From: an uncultured cyanobacterium
GTDB lineage: Bacteria; Cyanobacteriota; Cyanobacteriia; PCC-6307; Cyanobiaceae
Assembly: GCA_963765575.1 (NCBI GenBank)
Contig: CAVXWZ010000002.1
Coordinates: 512,001-576,000 of the forward strand
Direction: 5' to 3'
Length of the DNA: 64,000 nt
The position numbers and the translations under genes are program-made. Shown here piece by piece: positions 23,245 through 35,185 of this stretch. How positions within the stretch are numbered: position 1 is the stretch's first letter; each line of letters begins with the position of its first letter. Below the pieces are notes generated by a model. It was not told where the DNA came from and did no database searches. It saw nothing but the letters and a program-made list of their open reading frames with translations.

Positions 23245-24129
23245 ATGCCATCCCCAACCCCCACCGTGGCCTTCCTGGGGCTGGGAGCCCTGGGTGCCCC
23301 CATGGCCACCAATCTGCTGGCCGCTGGCTATCCGTTGCTGGTCCATAACCGCAGTCGGGCCAAGGAAGATCCCCTGGTGGCCGCCGGAGCCCAGCGGGCC
23401 GCGACCCCTGCAGCCGCCGCTGCGGCAGCGGACCTGCTCTGCGTCTGCGTGAGCGATGGGCCCGATGTGGAGGCCGTGCTCTTCGGCCCCAGCGGGGCGA
23501 TCGAGGGGCTGCGGGCCGGCTCGCTGGTGATCGACTTCTCGACCATCGCGCCGGCGACCAGCCGCAGGTTGGCGGCGCGGTTGGCGCCGCACGCAGTTGC
23601 TTACCTGGACGCCCCCGTCACAGGCGGCACCGAGGGCGCCGCTCGCGGCACCCTCTCAGTGCTGGTGGGCGGGGCGCCAGGGGACGTCGCCCGGGCCAAG
23701 CCCCTGCTGGAGGTGGTGGGCGAGCGCATCAGCCACCTCGGGCCGGTGGGGGCGGGCCAGCAGGCGAAGGCCGTGAACCAGGTGCTGGTGGCGGGCAGCT
23801 ACGCCGCCGTGGCCGAAGCCCTGGCCCTGGGCCAGCGGCTGGGGCTGCCGATGGCCCAGGTGGTGGAAGCCCTGCGCAGCGGTGCCGCCGGCTCCTGGGC
23901 CCTGGAGCACCGCAGTGCCGGCATGTTGCAGGGGGAGTTTCCCCTCGGCTTCCGGCTGAGCCTGCACCGCAAGGATCTGGCGATCGCCCTGGCGAGCGCC
24001 GCCGCCTGCGACCTTGAGCTGCCCTTGAGCCGGCTGGTGGCGGAGCTGGAGGACGGACTGATCGAGCTGGGCCATGGCGACGAGGACGTTTCAGCCCTGG
24101 CCCGGCTGTTCCAGCGGCCCCCGGGCTGA
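23245..24129 (+). CDS. NAD(P)-dependent oxidoreductase, 3-hydroxyisobutyrate/tartronate-semialdehyde reductase family
   Basis: FLGLGALGAPMATNL, DAPVTGGTEGA, AKAVNQ, F-x-L-x-L-HRKDL. Confidence 0.9.
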   Translation: MPSPTPTVAFLGLGALGAPMATNLLAAGYPLLVHNRSRAKEDPLVAAGAQRAATPAAAAAAADLLCVCVSDGPDVEAVLFGPSGAIEGLRAGSLVIDFSTIAPATSRRLAARLAPHAVAYLDAPVTGGTEGAARGTLSVLVGGAPGDVARAKPLLEVVGERISHLGPVGAGQQAKAVNQVLVAGSYAAVAEALALGQRLGLPMAQVVEALRSGAAGSWALEHRSAGMLQGEFPLGFRLSLHRKDLAIALASAAACDLELPLSRLVAELEDGLIELGHGDEDVSALARLFQRPPG

Positions 24130-24133
24130 GGCC

Positions 24134-24925
24134 TCAGGGTTGCAGCTGGTCGCGCTCGGCCACCACGCGCACCCGCTTGCTGGCGCTCACGAGCCCGTCG
24201 GGATGCACCAGCAGCACGGCCCAGGTCTGCTCTCCGGGATTGAGCGGGGCCCGCACGATCCGGAACAGGCCGCCACCGCCCAGGGCGCCGATGCGCAGCG
24301 TGGGGCTGTCGAACGCCGACACCTGGTCGCCCGTGAGGTCGGTGATGCCGCCGGCCAGGATCGCCCCGTCGAGGGGTTCATCGACGATCACGTCGACGTC
24401 GTAGCGCTCGCCGGTGAGCACGGTGTCGGGAATCATCACGGTCACCGGCAAGTCTTCCGGTCCGCTGCGCAACAGCGACTGATCGCGCAGCACCGTCTGG
24501 GCGTTGATGCGGCGGCCATCGCTCTCCAGCAGCAGCTGCTGTTCGGCCTCCAGCCGGAAACTCAGCGGGCCGTCCTCGCGGCTGCCGCGCACCTGCACCA
24601 GCACCGTGGCGCGGCCGCCCGGCAGCTCGGGGCCCGACACCAACTGCCAGCGGGCGTTGGGGAACTGGCTCAGCAGCCGCTTGCGGCGCGCCTGCACCGC
24701 CGCCGGGTCGAGGCCGGGCCCCGCCTCCAGCAGCAAGCCCAGATCACCCTGGCCGTTGAAGGCGGCCTCCAGGGCCTGGAGCTGCTGGGGCGTGGGCGCC
24801 GCCGCCCGGCCGGGCAGGGCCGCCGCGAGCAGCAGGGCCGCCATGCCCGCCAGGGCGGCGGCGCTCCGACCGCCGGATGCCGGCGCGCGGAGCGGGGAAC
24901 GGAAGGGGAAGGCGAAACGCCGCAT
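24134..24925 (-). CDS. Conserved cyanobacterial exported hypothetical protein
   Basis: Signal-peptide-like N-terminus; GERYDVDVIVDEPL and GGGGLFRIVRAP segments; host-like codon usage. Confidence 0.75.
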   Translation of the reverse strand: MRRFAFPFRSPLRAPASGGRSAAALAGMAALLLAAALPGRAAAPTPQQLQALEAAFNGQGDLGLLLEAGPGLDPAAVQARRKRLLSQFPNARWQLVSGPELPGGRATVLVQVRGSREDGPLSFRLEAEQQLLLESDGRRINAQTVLRDQSLLRSGPEDLPVTVMIPDTVLTGERYDVDVIVDEPLDGAILAGGITDLTGDQVSAFDSPTLRIGALGGGGLFRIVRAPLNPGEQTWAVLLVHPDGLVSASKRVRVVAERDQLQP

Positions 24926-24974
24926 GGGCCTTGGGGAAGCGCTTTTAAGTTAGGCGCGCTTGTGAGCGCCACCC

Positions 24975-26048
24975 ATGCCCAGGCTCCTTGTCGCCGCCAG
25001 CGGCACCGGAGGCCACCTGTTCCCGGCCCTGGCGGTGGCCGAGGCCCTGCCAGCCGGCTGGGAGGTGCGCTGGCTGGGGGTGCCCGACCGGCTGGAGCGG
25101 GAGCTGGTGCCAAGCCGCTACCCCCTGCACACGGTGCGGGCCGGTGGGCTGCAGGGCCGCGGCCTGCGCAAGCTGCTCAACCTGCTGCGCTTGCTGGGGG
25201 CGATCCGCAGCGTGCGGCGGCTGATCCGGCGCGAGCGCATCGACGTGGTCTTCAGCAGCGGCGGCTACATCGCCGCGCCGGCCATCCTGGCGGCGCGCTG
25301 GGGCGGCGTACCGGTGGTGCTGCATGACAGCAACGCCATCCCCGGTCGCGTCACGCGGCTGCTGGGGCGGCTCTGCACCCACGTGGCGGTGGGGCTGGTG
25401 GATGGGGCCGAGCGCCTGCCCCGTTGCCGGCCCCTGGTCACCGGCACACCCGTGCGCCGCGACTTCCTGGAGCCCGCCCCCGCTCCGTCCTGGCTGCCGC
25501 CGGGGGAGGGCCCCCTGCTGCTGGTGATGGGCGGCAGCCAGGGCGCGGTGGGGCTGAACCGCATGCTGCGCCCCCTGCTGGGGCGACTCAGCGACGCCGG
25601 CGTGCGGGTGGTGCACCTCACCGGCCGCAACGACCCCGAGGCCGGCGGGCCCCTGCCGCCCGGGGTGGTGGAACGGCCCTTCAGCACGGAGCTGGCCGGG
25701 CTGCTGCAGCACACCGACCTGGTGATCAGCCGGTCGGGGGCCGGGGCCCTCAGCGAGCTGGCCGTCTGCGCCACCCCGGCGATCCTGGTGCCCTACCCGG
25801 CGGCGGCCGATCACCACCAGGACGCCAATGCCCAGGCCGCGGCGCGGCTGGGGGCGGCGGTGATCGTGGCCGAACATTCCCCCGGGCAGCCGACGCTGGA
25901 GCGGACGATCTGGCGCCTGCTGGGGCCACGGCTGCGGGGGGTGGCCCCGGCGGCCGATCCACTCGAGGCGATGGGCGCGGGCATGGAGCGGCTGGCGGTG
26001 CGCGACGCCGACCGGCGCCTGGCAAAGCTGCTGGTGGATCTGGTGTAG
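24975..26048 (+). CDS. murG: Undecaprenyl-PP-MurNAc-pentapeptide GlcNAc transferase
   Basis: [44 protein letters not shown]. Confidence 0.96.
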   Translation: MPRLLVAASGTGGHLFPALAVAEALPAGWEVRWLGVPDRLERELVPSRYPLHTVRAGGLQGRGLRKLLNLLRLLGAIRSVRRLIRRERIDVVFSSGGYIAAPAILAARWGGVPVVLHDSNAIPGRVTRLLGRLCTHVAVGLVDGAERLPRCRPLVTGTPVRRDFLEPAPAPSWLPPGEGPLLLVMGGSQGAVGLNRMLRPLLGRLSDAGVRVVHLTGRNDPEAGGPLPPGVVERPFSTELAGLLQHTDLVISRSGAGALSELAVCATPAILVPYPAAADHHQDANAQAAARLGAAVIVAEHSPGQPTLERTIWRLLGPRLRGVAPAADPLEAMGAGMERLAVRDADRRLAKLLVDLV

Positions 26049-26052
26049 GGCC

Positions 26053-27153
26053 TCAGCCCAGCTCCCGCTCCAGCGCCCGCACCAGGCGCCGGTGGCCGCG
26101 GCGGTGCTGCAGCCCGATGCGCAGCCAGTCCTCCCCCAGTCCCTCGAAGGAGCGGCAGCCGCGCACCAGGATGCCGTGGCGCTCCTCCAGGGCGCAGCGC
26201 AGGCCCTCGAGGGAGCGATCACCCCGCAGCAGCAGGAAGTTGGCGGCCGATGGCATGGGGCTGAGGCCCGGCCAGCGCTGCAACTGCCCGGCCAGCCAGG
26301 GTCCCTCCCGCGCCGTCCAGCGCTGCACCCGCGCCGTCCAGCGCGGCAGCCAGCCCGGCCGCTCCAGCAGGCTCTCCCCCACCGCCAGCGCCAGCCCGTT
26401 GACAGGCCAGGGATCGCGCCACCCCGCCCAGCGCGCCAGCCGCTGCGGGTCGCCAAGGGCGTAGCCCAGCCGCAGGCCCGCCAGTGAGAGCAGCTTGGTG
26501 AGGCTGCGCACCACCACCAGGTTGGGATGGCGCGTCAGCAACGGAATCAGCGACTGGGCCTCGCCGCCGCCCACCAGGGGCAGGAAGGCCTCATCGCAGA
26601 TCACCAGCGCCTGGCGCGCCAGCAGCGGCTCCAGCGAGGCGCGGCTCCAGAGCTGGCCGGTGGGGTTGTGGGGGTTGGTGAGCCAGAGCACCGGGGCGTC
26701 GGCCCGACTGGCGGGGAAGGGCTGGGGGAAGGCGCCATCCCAGCGCAGCGGCAGCGGCAGCGGGGTGGCGGTGCCGCCCCAGCAGGCCAGGGCGCGGTGG
26801 TAGTCAGCAAAACCTGGCGCCGGCAGCAGGCTCGACCCCAGCGCGGCCGCGTCCCGGGCCGCCCAGGTGAACAGTTCGGCGGCGCCGTTGCCCGGCAGCA
26901 CCCACTCGGCCGGCAGGCCGTGGTGCCGGCCCAGCAACGCCCGCAGGCGCTGCCAGCTGCGGTCGGGGTAGACCCTGGGCGCCGGCCCCAGCGCCGCCCG
27001 CAGCAGGGCCAGCCGCAACGCCGGCGGCGGCGCGAAGGGCACCAGGGAGGCGCTGGCATCGAGCAGGGAGCCGGGGGAGCGGCCCAGCCGCCGGGCGGCG
27101 GCCGCCAGGTTGCCGCCATGGCGCTCGCTCGCCTGCCCGCTGCCCATGGGCAA
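26053..27153 (-). CDS. cobD: Threonine-phosphate decarboxylase (PLP-dependent, cobalamin pathway)
   Basis: HGGNL, GNGAAELF, NPHNPTG, DEAFL, RSLTKLLSLAGLRLGY. Confidence 0.85.
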   Translation of the reverse strand: MPMGSGQASERHGGNLAAAARRLGRSPGSLLDASASLVPFAPPPALRLALLRAALGPAPRVYPDRSWQRLRALLGRHHGLPAEWVLPGNGAAELFTWAARDAAALGSSLLPAPGFADYHRALACWGGTATPLPLPLRWDGAFPQPFPASRADAPVLWLTNPHNPTGQLWSRASLEPLLARQALVICDEAFLPLVGGGEAQSLIPLLTRHPNLVVVRSLTKLLSLAGLRLGYALGDPQRLARWAGWRDPWPVNGLALAVGESLLERPGWLPRWTARVQRWTAREGPWLAGQLQRWPGLSPMPSAANFLLLRGDRSLEGLRCALEERHGILVRGCRSFEGLGEDWLRIGLQHRRGHRRLVRALERELG

Positions 27154-27229
27154 ACGCTACGGTCCGGGCCTGCTGGCCGCGGTAGCGAATCCGCAACGGC
27201 GCTATAAGGCAGAGGTGTGGATCCGGGCC

Positions 27230-28138
27230 ATGAACCAACATCGCCGGTTCAGCGGCGCCCAGGACGGCGCCACCACCGCGCAGGTCCCTGCCGCGGCCAG
27301 GCTGGTGGCGCGGGCTGGGGTGGCACTCACCGCCACGGCCTGGCTGCTCGGCAGCGCCCCGGCCGCCATCGCCCAGGGACGCCCCTCATCCCAGGCGTCA
27401 CCCGCCGGCGGCACCGAGGCCCTGATTCAGCTGCTGGAGCAGCGCAGCTGCCAGGGCTGCAATCTGGCCGGCGCCGATCTGGTGCATGCCCAACTGGCCG
27501 ATGCCGACCTCAGCGGCGCCCGGTTGCAACGGGCCAATCTCAGTCAGGCCAAGCTCGATGGTGCCCGGCTCAGTGGGGCCGACCTCAGCTTCACCAGCCT
27601 GCTGGGCGCCTCGCTGCGCGGCGCCGACCTGCGCGGCGCCCGCCTGGAGGGCACCGACCTGCGCCAGACGGATCTCAGCGGCGCCCAGCTCAGCCCCGGT
27701 GCCCTCAGCCGGGCCCACTGGCAGGGAGCGCGGGGTGTCGACCAGGGGCTGCTGAGCTTCGGGGAACTGCACAACGCCGGCGTCGAGGCCGCCCAGAAGG
27801 GCCGCTTCCCGGAGGCCGAACAGTGGTTCAGTGAGGCGATTCGCCGCGAACCCGCCGCCGGGGTGAGCTGGCTGGCGCGGGGCATCACCCGCAGTCAGAT
27901 GGGCAGGCGGGAGGAGGCCTCCAACGATTTCGCCTACGCCGCCAGCCTCTACGAGGCCGCCGGCGATGGCGACCAGGCCGCCCAGCTGCGCCAGGCCGCC
28001 GAGCAGGCGAAGGCCGACCCCGACCGGCCTGCAGGCGGTGGCAACGGCATCGGTTCGATGGCCCTCACCGGCGCCATGGGCCTGCTGCAGTTTCTGGCAC
28101 CGCTGGCCGGCAAGGCCTTCCTGCCCCTGCCCTTCTGA
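27230..28138 (+). CDS. Pentapeptide-repeat protein with C-terminal TPR
   Basis: CQGCNLAGADL followed by A(D/N)LxG repeats; TPR-like helices HNAGVEAAQKGRFPEAEQWF. Confidence 0.88.
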   Translation: MNQHRRFSGAQDGATTAQVPAAARLVARAGVALTATAWLLGSAPAAIAQGRPSSQASPAGGTEALIQLLEQRSCQGCNLAGADLVHAQLADADLSGARLQRANLSQAKLDGARLSGADLSFTSLLGASLRGADLRGARLEGTDLRQTDLSGAQLSPGALSRAHWQGARGVDQGLLSFGELHNAGVEAAQKGRFPEAEQWFSEAIRREPAAGVSWLARGITRSQMGRREEASNDFAYAASLYEAAGDGDQAAQLRQAAEQAKADPDRPAGGGNGIGSMALTGAMGLLQFLAPLAGKAFLPLPF

Positions 28139-28161
28139 AGCCCTCCGGCCAGCCCCGCTCT

Positions 28162-30515
28162 GTGGACAGTCCACGGCCCGCCGGCCACCTGGTTCTCGCC
28201 GGTGGCGGCCACACCCACGCGCTGGTGCTGCTGGGCTGGGCCATGGCCGCGGCTCGGCGGCGAAACGGCAGCCGCGGGGCGATGCGAGGGCTGGGCAGAG
28301 GAGTGGGCACAGGGACGAGCGGGCTGATCAGCCTGGTGAGCCGCGCCAGTTCGGCGCTCTACTCCGGCATGGTGCCGGGCCTGCTGGCCGGCCTCTACGA
28401 CCGCGACGCCTGCAGCATCGACCTGCGGCGCCTCTGCGAGCTGGCGGGGGTGACCTTCATCGCCGCCGAGATCACCGGCCTGGAGCCGGGGGCCCGCGCG
28501 CTGCTGCTGCAGGGCCGGCCGCCGCTGCACTGGGACTGGCTGAGCCTGGATGTGGGCTCCCAGACCGCCATGCCCGCACCCGATCCGAGCGCCGAGCAAG
28601 CGCCGGGAGGCCGCGCCACGGCCATGGCCGTCAAGCCCCTCGAGCCCTTTCTGGCCTGGGCCGACGCCCACCTGGCCGCGGCCAGCCCAGGGCCCCACGG
28701 CGCCGACGCGGGGACGCCGGATCTGCCCATCCGCGGCGGCGGCGCGGCGGCGGTGGAGGTGGCCCTGGCGCTGCGGGGACGCGGCCGGCGGCCGGCGTTG
28801 CTGCTGCGCGGCCAGCAGCTGCATCTGGGGTCGCGCGCGGCCAACCGGCTGGGTGAAGGGTTGCTGGCCGCGGCCGGCATTCCGCTGCGGCGCCAGGCGG
28901 GTCCGGCGGAGCCGGCAGTGCTGGCCTGCACCGGCAGCCGCGCGCCGCTCTGGCTGGGGGCGGCGGGCCTGCCCACCGAAGCCGCCAGTGGACGGGTGCT
29001 CACCGAGGCCACGCTGCAGGTGCTGGGCCACCCGCGGCTGTTCGCCTGCGGCGACTGCGCCGTGATCGCCGCCGACCCCAGACCGGCCTCGGGGGTGTGG
29101 GCGGTGCGGGCCGCGCCCACCCTGGGCGCCAACCTGGCGCGCTGCCTCAACGCGGCGCAGGCCCCAGAACCCAGGGGGATGCGGCGCTGGCGGCCCCAGC
29201 GCCGGGCCCTGCAGCTGCTCGCCGATGGCAGCAAACCCCGGCACCCCCGGGCGATCGCCCTCTGGGGCCCGTGGGCCGTGGGTCCGAGCCGGCTGCTGTG
29301 GCGGTGGAAGAACCGCATCGACCGCCGCTTCATGGAACGGTTCGAGGCCCTCGGGGCGATGGCGCCCGAGGGGGGGACGCCCCGGCGATGGCCTGCCGCG
29401 GCTGCGCCGCCAAGCTGCCGGCGGCCACCCTCTCGGCAGGCCTGCAGCAGGCAGGCCTCACAGCAGCCACCGGCGGGCCTTGCTCAAGGCGCCCGCCAGC
29501 CGCCGGAATCGGGCCAGCCCGCAGCCGCCGGCGCCGAGGACGCGGCCCTGATCGGACGCGACGCCCGGGGCCAGCTGCTGCTGCAGAGCGTCGATGGCTT
29601 TCCGGCCCTGGTGGGCGATCCCTGGCTCAACGCCCGCCTCACCACCCTGCACGCCTGCAGCGACCTGTGGGCCTGCGGCGCCCGCGTCAGCAGCGCCCAG
29701 GCCCTGGTGACCCTGCCGGAGGCGGCGCCGCGGCTGCAGCAGGAGTGGCTGGCCCACACCCTCGCCGGCATCCGCTCGGTGCTGGAGCCCCTGGGGGCGT
29801 CCCTGCTCGGCGGCCACACCCTCGAGGGCCGCGACGGCGCCGGCCTGGCCCTGGCCCTGAGCGTGAACGGCCGCGTGGCACCCCCGGACCACTGGCCCAA
29901 GGGGCCCCTGCGGCCAGGCCAGGTGCTGCTGCTCACGCGTCCGCTGGGCACCGGTGTGCTGTTTGCCGCCGCCATGGCGGCGGCCGCCCGGCCGGCCTGG
30001 ATCGACCAGGCCCTCGAGCAGATGCAGCAGAGCCAGGCGGAGCTGGTGCAACCGCTGCGGGAGCTGGGCTGCCGCGTCTGCACCGACATCACCGGCTTCG
30101 GGCTGCTGGGCCACCTGGGGGAGATGCTGGCCGCCAGCCCGCCGGGCCTGCGGGTGGAGCTGGATGCCTGGGCGGTGCCGGCCCTGCCCGGCACCCTTGA
30201 GCTCCTCGCCCAGGGCCGGGCCAGCAGCCTGGCTCCCACCAACGCCACCGCCCTGGCCCTGCTGGGGGGGCCGGTGCAGCTCGGCGCCCCGCCCGGCGCC
30301 AGGGCAACGGCGGCATTGGATCGGGCCCGGCAGGGCCTGCTGATCGATCCCCAGACCTGTGGCCCCCTGCTGGCGGCCCTGCCGGCCGGCGCCGCCGCGG
30401 CGGGCCTGGAGGCCCTGCGCGAGCACGGGTTTGGCGCGGCGCAGGTGATCGGCCGGGTGCTGGACCCTGCCGAAAACCGCGAGGGCACTGTCGCCAGCGC
30501 ACCGGGCCTGGGAGA

Positions 30516-30519
<4 letters not shown>
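28162..30519 (+). CDS. selD: FAD-dependent oxidoreductase fused to selenide,water dikinase; two compensating frameshifts near 29370 and 29470
   Basis: N-terminal LVLAGGGHTHA and YSGMVPG; C-terminal EDAA, QSVDGF, GGHT, TDITGFGLLGHL and DPQTCGPLL. The SelD motif MACRGCAAKL lies in another frame at 29388-29460. Confidence 0.85.
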
Positions 30520-32432
<1,913 letters not shown>

Positions 32433-33008
32433 ATGGCCGCCCCCCTGCACGCCCTGCGCTCCCGCCTGCAGCGCCTGGCGATCGGGCCGCGGCTGGCGGC
32501 GGTGCAGCTGCTGGTGTGCGACGTGGACGGGGTGCTCACCGACGGCGGCCTCCACTACGACGAGGCCGGCGCTGTTGTGAAGCGCTTTGATGTGCGCGAC
32601 GGCCTGGCCATCCGGCTGCTGCAGCAGGCCGGCCTCGAGGTGGCTCTGCTCAGCGGCGGCCGCAGCGGGGCGGTGGAGCACCGGGCCCGCCATCTGCAGA
32701 TCCGCCACTGCCGCGTGGGGGTGGGCGACAAGCTGACGGGGCTGCGGCAGCTGCAGGCGGAGCTGGGCGCGGCGCCGGCCCACACGGCCTTCATCGGCGA
32801 TGACCTCAACGATCTGGTGGTGCGGCCGGCGGCGGGGCTGCTGGTGGCGCCGGCCGATGCCGCCCGGGGCCTGCGTCGCCGGGCCGACTGGGTGCTGCGG
32901 CAACGGGGTGGCCACGGCGCCGTGCGGGAGCTGGCGGAGGCGCTGCTGCAAGCGCGCGGCGCCCTGCAGGCCCTGCACCGGCAGGGCTGGCGCGACGGCA
33001 ACGGCTGA
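32433..33008 (+). CDS. kdsC: KDO-8-phosphate phosphatase (HAD family)
   Basis: [31 protein letters not shown]. In frame with the kdsA C-terminus in this sequence. Confidence 0.9.
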   Translation: MAAPLHALRSRLQRLAIGPRLAAVQLLVCDVDGVLTDGGLHYDEAGAVVKRFDVRDGLAIRLLQQAGLEVALLSGGRSGAVEHRARHLQIRHCRVGVGDKLTGLRQLQAELGAAPAHTAFIGDDLNDLVVRPAAGLLVAPADAARGLRRRADWVLRQRGGHGAVRELAEALLQARGALQALHRQGWRDGNG

Positions 33009-33025
33009 TCAGGACAGTGCTGTGC

Positions 33026-33820
33026 TCAGGCTCCGGCGGCAGAGGAGCTCAGCCACCGCCTGGCTTGCTCCAGCTGCTCGGCGGTGTCCACCGAGAAGCA
33101 GTCCTGCTCCACCACGAAGGTGGCGATCGGCACGCCGGCCTCGATCAGCCTCAGCTGCTCGAGCTTCTCCAGCTGCTCCAACGGCGAAGGCGGCAAGGCC
33201 CCCCAGCCCGCCAGCACATCGGCTCGGTAGCCGTAGAGGCCCACGTGGCCCCAGTAGGTGGTGCGGCTGGCCCAGAGCTCGGGCGGCAGGTCGCGCACGT
33301 GGGGCAGGGCGCTGCGGGAGAAGGTGATGGCCCGACCATCGGCGGCTCGCAGCACCTTCACCACGTTGGGGTCGTGCAGCTTGGCGGCCTCGAGGGGGTA
33401 CACGGGCGTCAGCACCGGCGGAGCCCCCAGGGCCCGGAAGCGCTCCACCATCGCCTCGATGATCGAGGGATCGAGCAGGGGCTGATCTCCCTGCACATTG
33501 ATCACCAGGGTTTCGGCGGCGAGCCCGCCACCAGCTGCCACCAGCGCGTCGACCACCGAGGCCAGCCTCTCGCTGCCGCTGCTGCAACGGGGGGAGGTGA
33601 TCAGGGCCGCAAACCCCCAGGCGGCCGCCGCCTCCCGCACCAGCTCGCTGTCGGTGCACACCACCACGTGGTCCACCCCCCGGGCCTGGCCGCAGCGCTC
33701 GAGCACGTGGCGCAGCATCGGCCGGCCGGCGATGTCGGCGAGCACCTTGCCGGGCAGCCGCGAGGATTCCAGCCTCGCCGGAACGGCCACCACCACCGGG
33801 CAGGACATCACAGCGGCCAA
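33026..33820 (-). CDS. kdsB: CMP-KDO synthetase
   Basis: VPARLESSRLPGKVL, SGSERL, NVQGDQP, HVGLYGY, EKLEQLR, SVDT. Confidence 0.95.
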   Translation of the reverse strand: MAAVMSCPVVVAVPARLESSRLPGKVLADIAGRPMLRHVLERCGQARGVDHVVVCTDSELVREAAAAWGFAALITSPRCSSGSERLASVVDALVAAGGGLAAETLVINVQGDQPLLDPSIIEAMVERFRALGAPPVLTPVYPLEAAKLHDPNVVKVLRAADGRAITFSRSALPHVRDLPPELWASRTTYWGHVGLYGYRADVLAGWGALPPSPLEQLEKLEQLRLIEAGVPIATFVVEQDCFSVDTAEQLEQARRWLSSSAAGA

Positions 33821-33941
33821 GCGGGGTGATCGGCTGGGCGGATCCTATGGGGCAGGTGAGCGGTGCGCTGCGGGGTGGGGGGCTTGAGGAGGAGTCCAGA
33901 ACGACCAGACCACCCCACGGCTCGGACCGGAAGCCAGGGCG

Positions 33942-35177
33942 CTACAGCTTCTCCTGCTCCAGTCGCTCGGCTCGCAGCTGTCGCAGCCGCTCCCCCAGCC
34001 CAGGCCCCGGCGCCTGTCCCTGGGCGATCAGTTCCCTGGCCGCCAGCGGCGATTGGAGGTCCCGCCAGCGCAGCCACCAGCGCAGCAGTGGCCGGCGAGC
34101 GCCGCTGCCCGTGACCAACGCCAGCGCCACGGCCTCGGGGGCGATCCCGGGGGTCTCCAGCACGGCACACCAGGACACCACCGAGCGCGGCGCCGCCTCG
34201 CCGCCCAGCGCCGCCAGGGCGGCCCGCAGCTCCAGCCACTGGGCCAGCAGGCGGTGCTGGCGGTGGGGCAACTGCAGCCGCTCGGCCAGGGCGAGGGGAT
34301 CGGCGGCCCCGGCCACCAGGGCCACCAGCAGCGGCAGGCCGGCCCGCTGGGCCCAGCGCAGGCGGCGGTGCCAGTGGTGATCGGCCTGCAGCTGGGCATC
34401 CAGCAGGGCCAGACCACCCCAGTTCTGCAGCAGCGCCAGGGCCTGGGGCCAGGGTTCACGCCGCAGCAGCAGCTCCAGCTCCATGCGCAGCCGGGTGCCG
34501 AGGGCGGCTGGCGCCTGGCCCGGCCGCTCGCCGGAATGCCAGGCCCAGGGCCAGGCCGCCAGGGTGCGCCGGGCCTGCTCCCGGCTGCCGGCCTCCAGCT
34601 GGAACCCCAGCCGGGCCCCATAGCGGGCGCCGCGCACCAGCCGGCTGGGGTCGTCCCGCAGGCTGTGGGGGTGCAGCAGCCGCAGCTGCCGCCGCTGCAG
34701 GTCGGCCTGGCCGCCATGGGGGTCGAGCAGCTCGCCGCTGGCCAGATCCAGGGCGATGGCATTGATCGTGAAGTCGCGGCGGGCCAGGTCGTCGGCGAGC
34801 CGGCCCGGCACCACCTTCGGGTTCTCGCCCGGCTGCGGGTAGGTCTCGCGGCGGGCTGTGGCCACATCCAGCAGCACCGTCTGCCCCTCGAGGTGCAGCT
34901 CCAGCTCCACCGTGCCGAAGGCCCCGTGCTCCTGGGCCCCCCGCAGGGCCCCCGGCGGCAGGGCCGCCTCCAGCCGCCGCACCAGGGCGCTGGCGGAGCC
35001 ATCCGCCACCAGATCCAGGTCGGGCACGCCGCGCCAGGGGTCGTTGTGCACCCGGTGCAGCAGCAGATCGCGCACGGCGCCCCCCACCAGCGCCAGCCGC
35101 TGCCCGGAGGCCTCTCCCTGCCGCGCCACCGCGGCCAGGGCGGCCGAGAGCACCGCGGGAATGCCGGGAACGTCCAA
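33942..35177 (-). CDS. cca: tRNA nucleotidyltransferase (CCA-adding / poly(A) polymerase family)
   Basis: LVGGAVRDLL, DLDLV, DVATARRE, DLARRDFTINAIA, DDPSRLVRGARY. Start approximate. Confidence 0.88.
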   Translation of the reverse strand: MDVPGIPAVLSAALAAVARQGEASGQRLALVGGAVRDLLLHRVHNDPWRGVPDLDLVADGSASALVRRLEAALPPGALRGAQEHGAFGTVELELHLEGQTVLLDVATARRETYPQPGENPKVVPGRLADDLARRDFTINAIALDLASGELLDPHGGQADLQRRQLRLLHPHSLRDDPSRLVRGARYGARLGFQLEAGSREQARRTLAAWPWAWHSGERPGQAPAALGTRLRMELELLLRREPWPQALALLQNWGGLALLDAQLQADHHWHRRLRWAQRAGLPLLVALVAGAADPLALAERLQLPHRQHRLLAQWLELRAALAALGGEAAPRSVVSWCAVLETPGIAPEAVALALVTGSGARRPLLRWWLRWRDLQSPLAARELIAQGQAPGPGLGERLRQLRAERLEQEKL

Positions 35178-35185
35178 GGCCGGCC

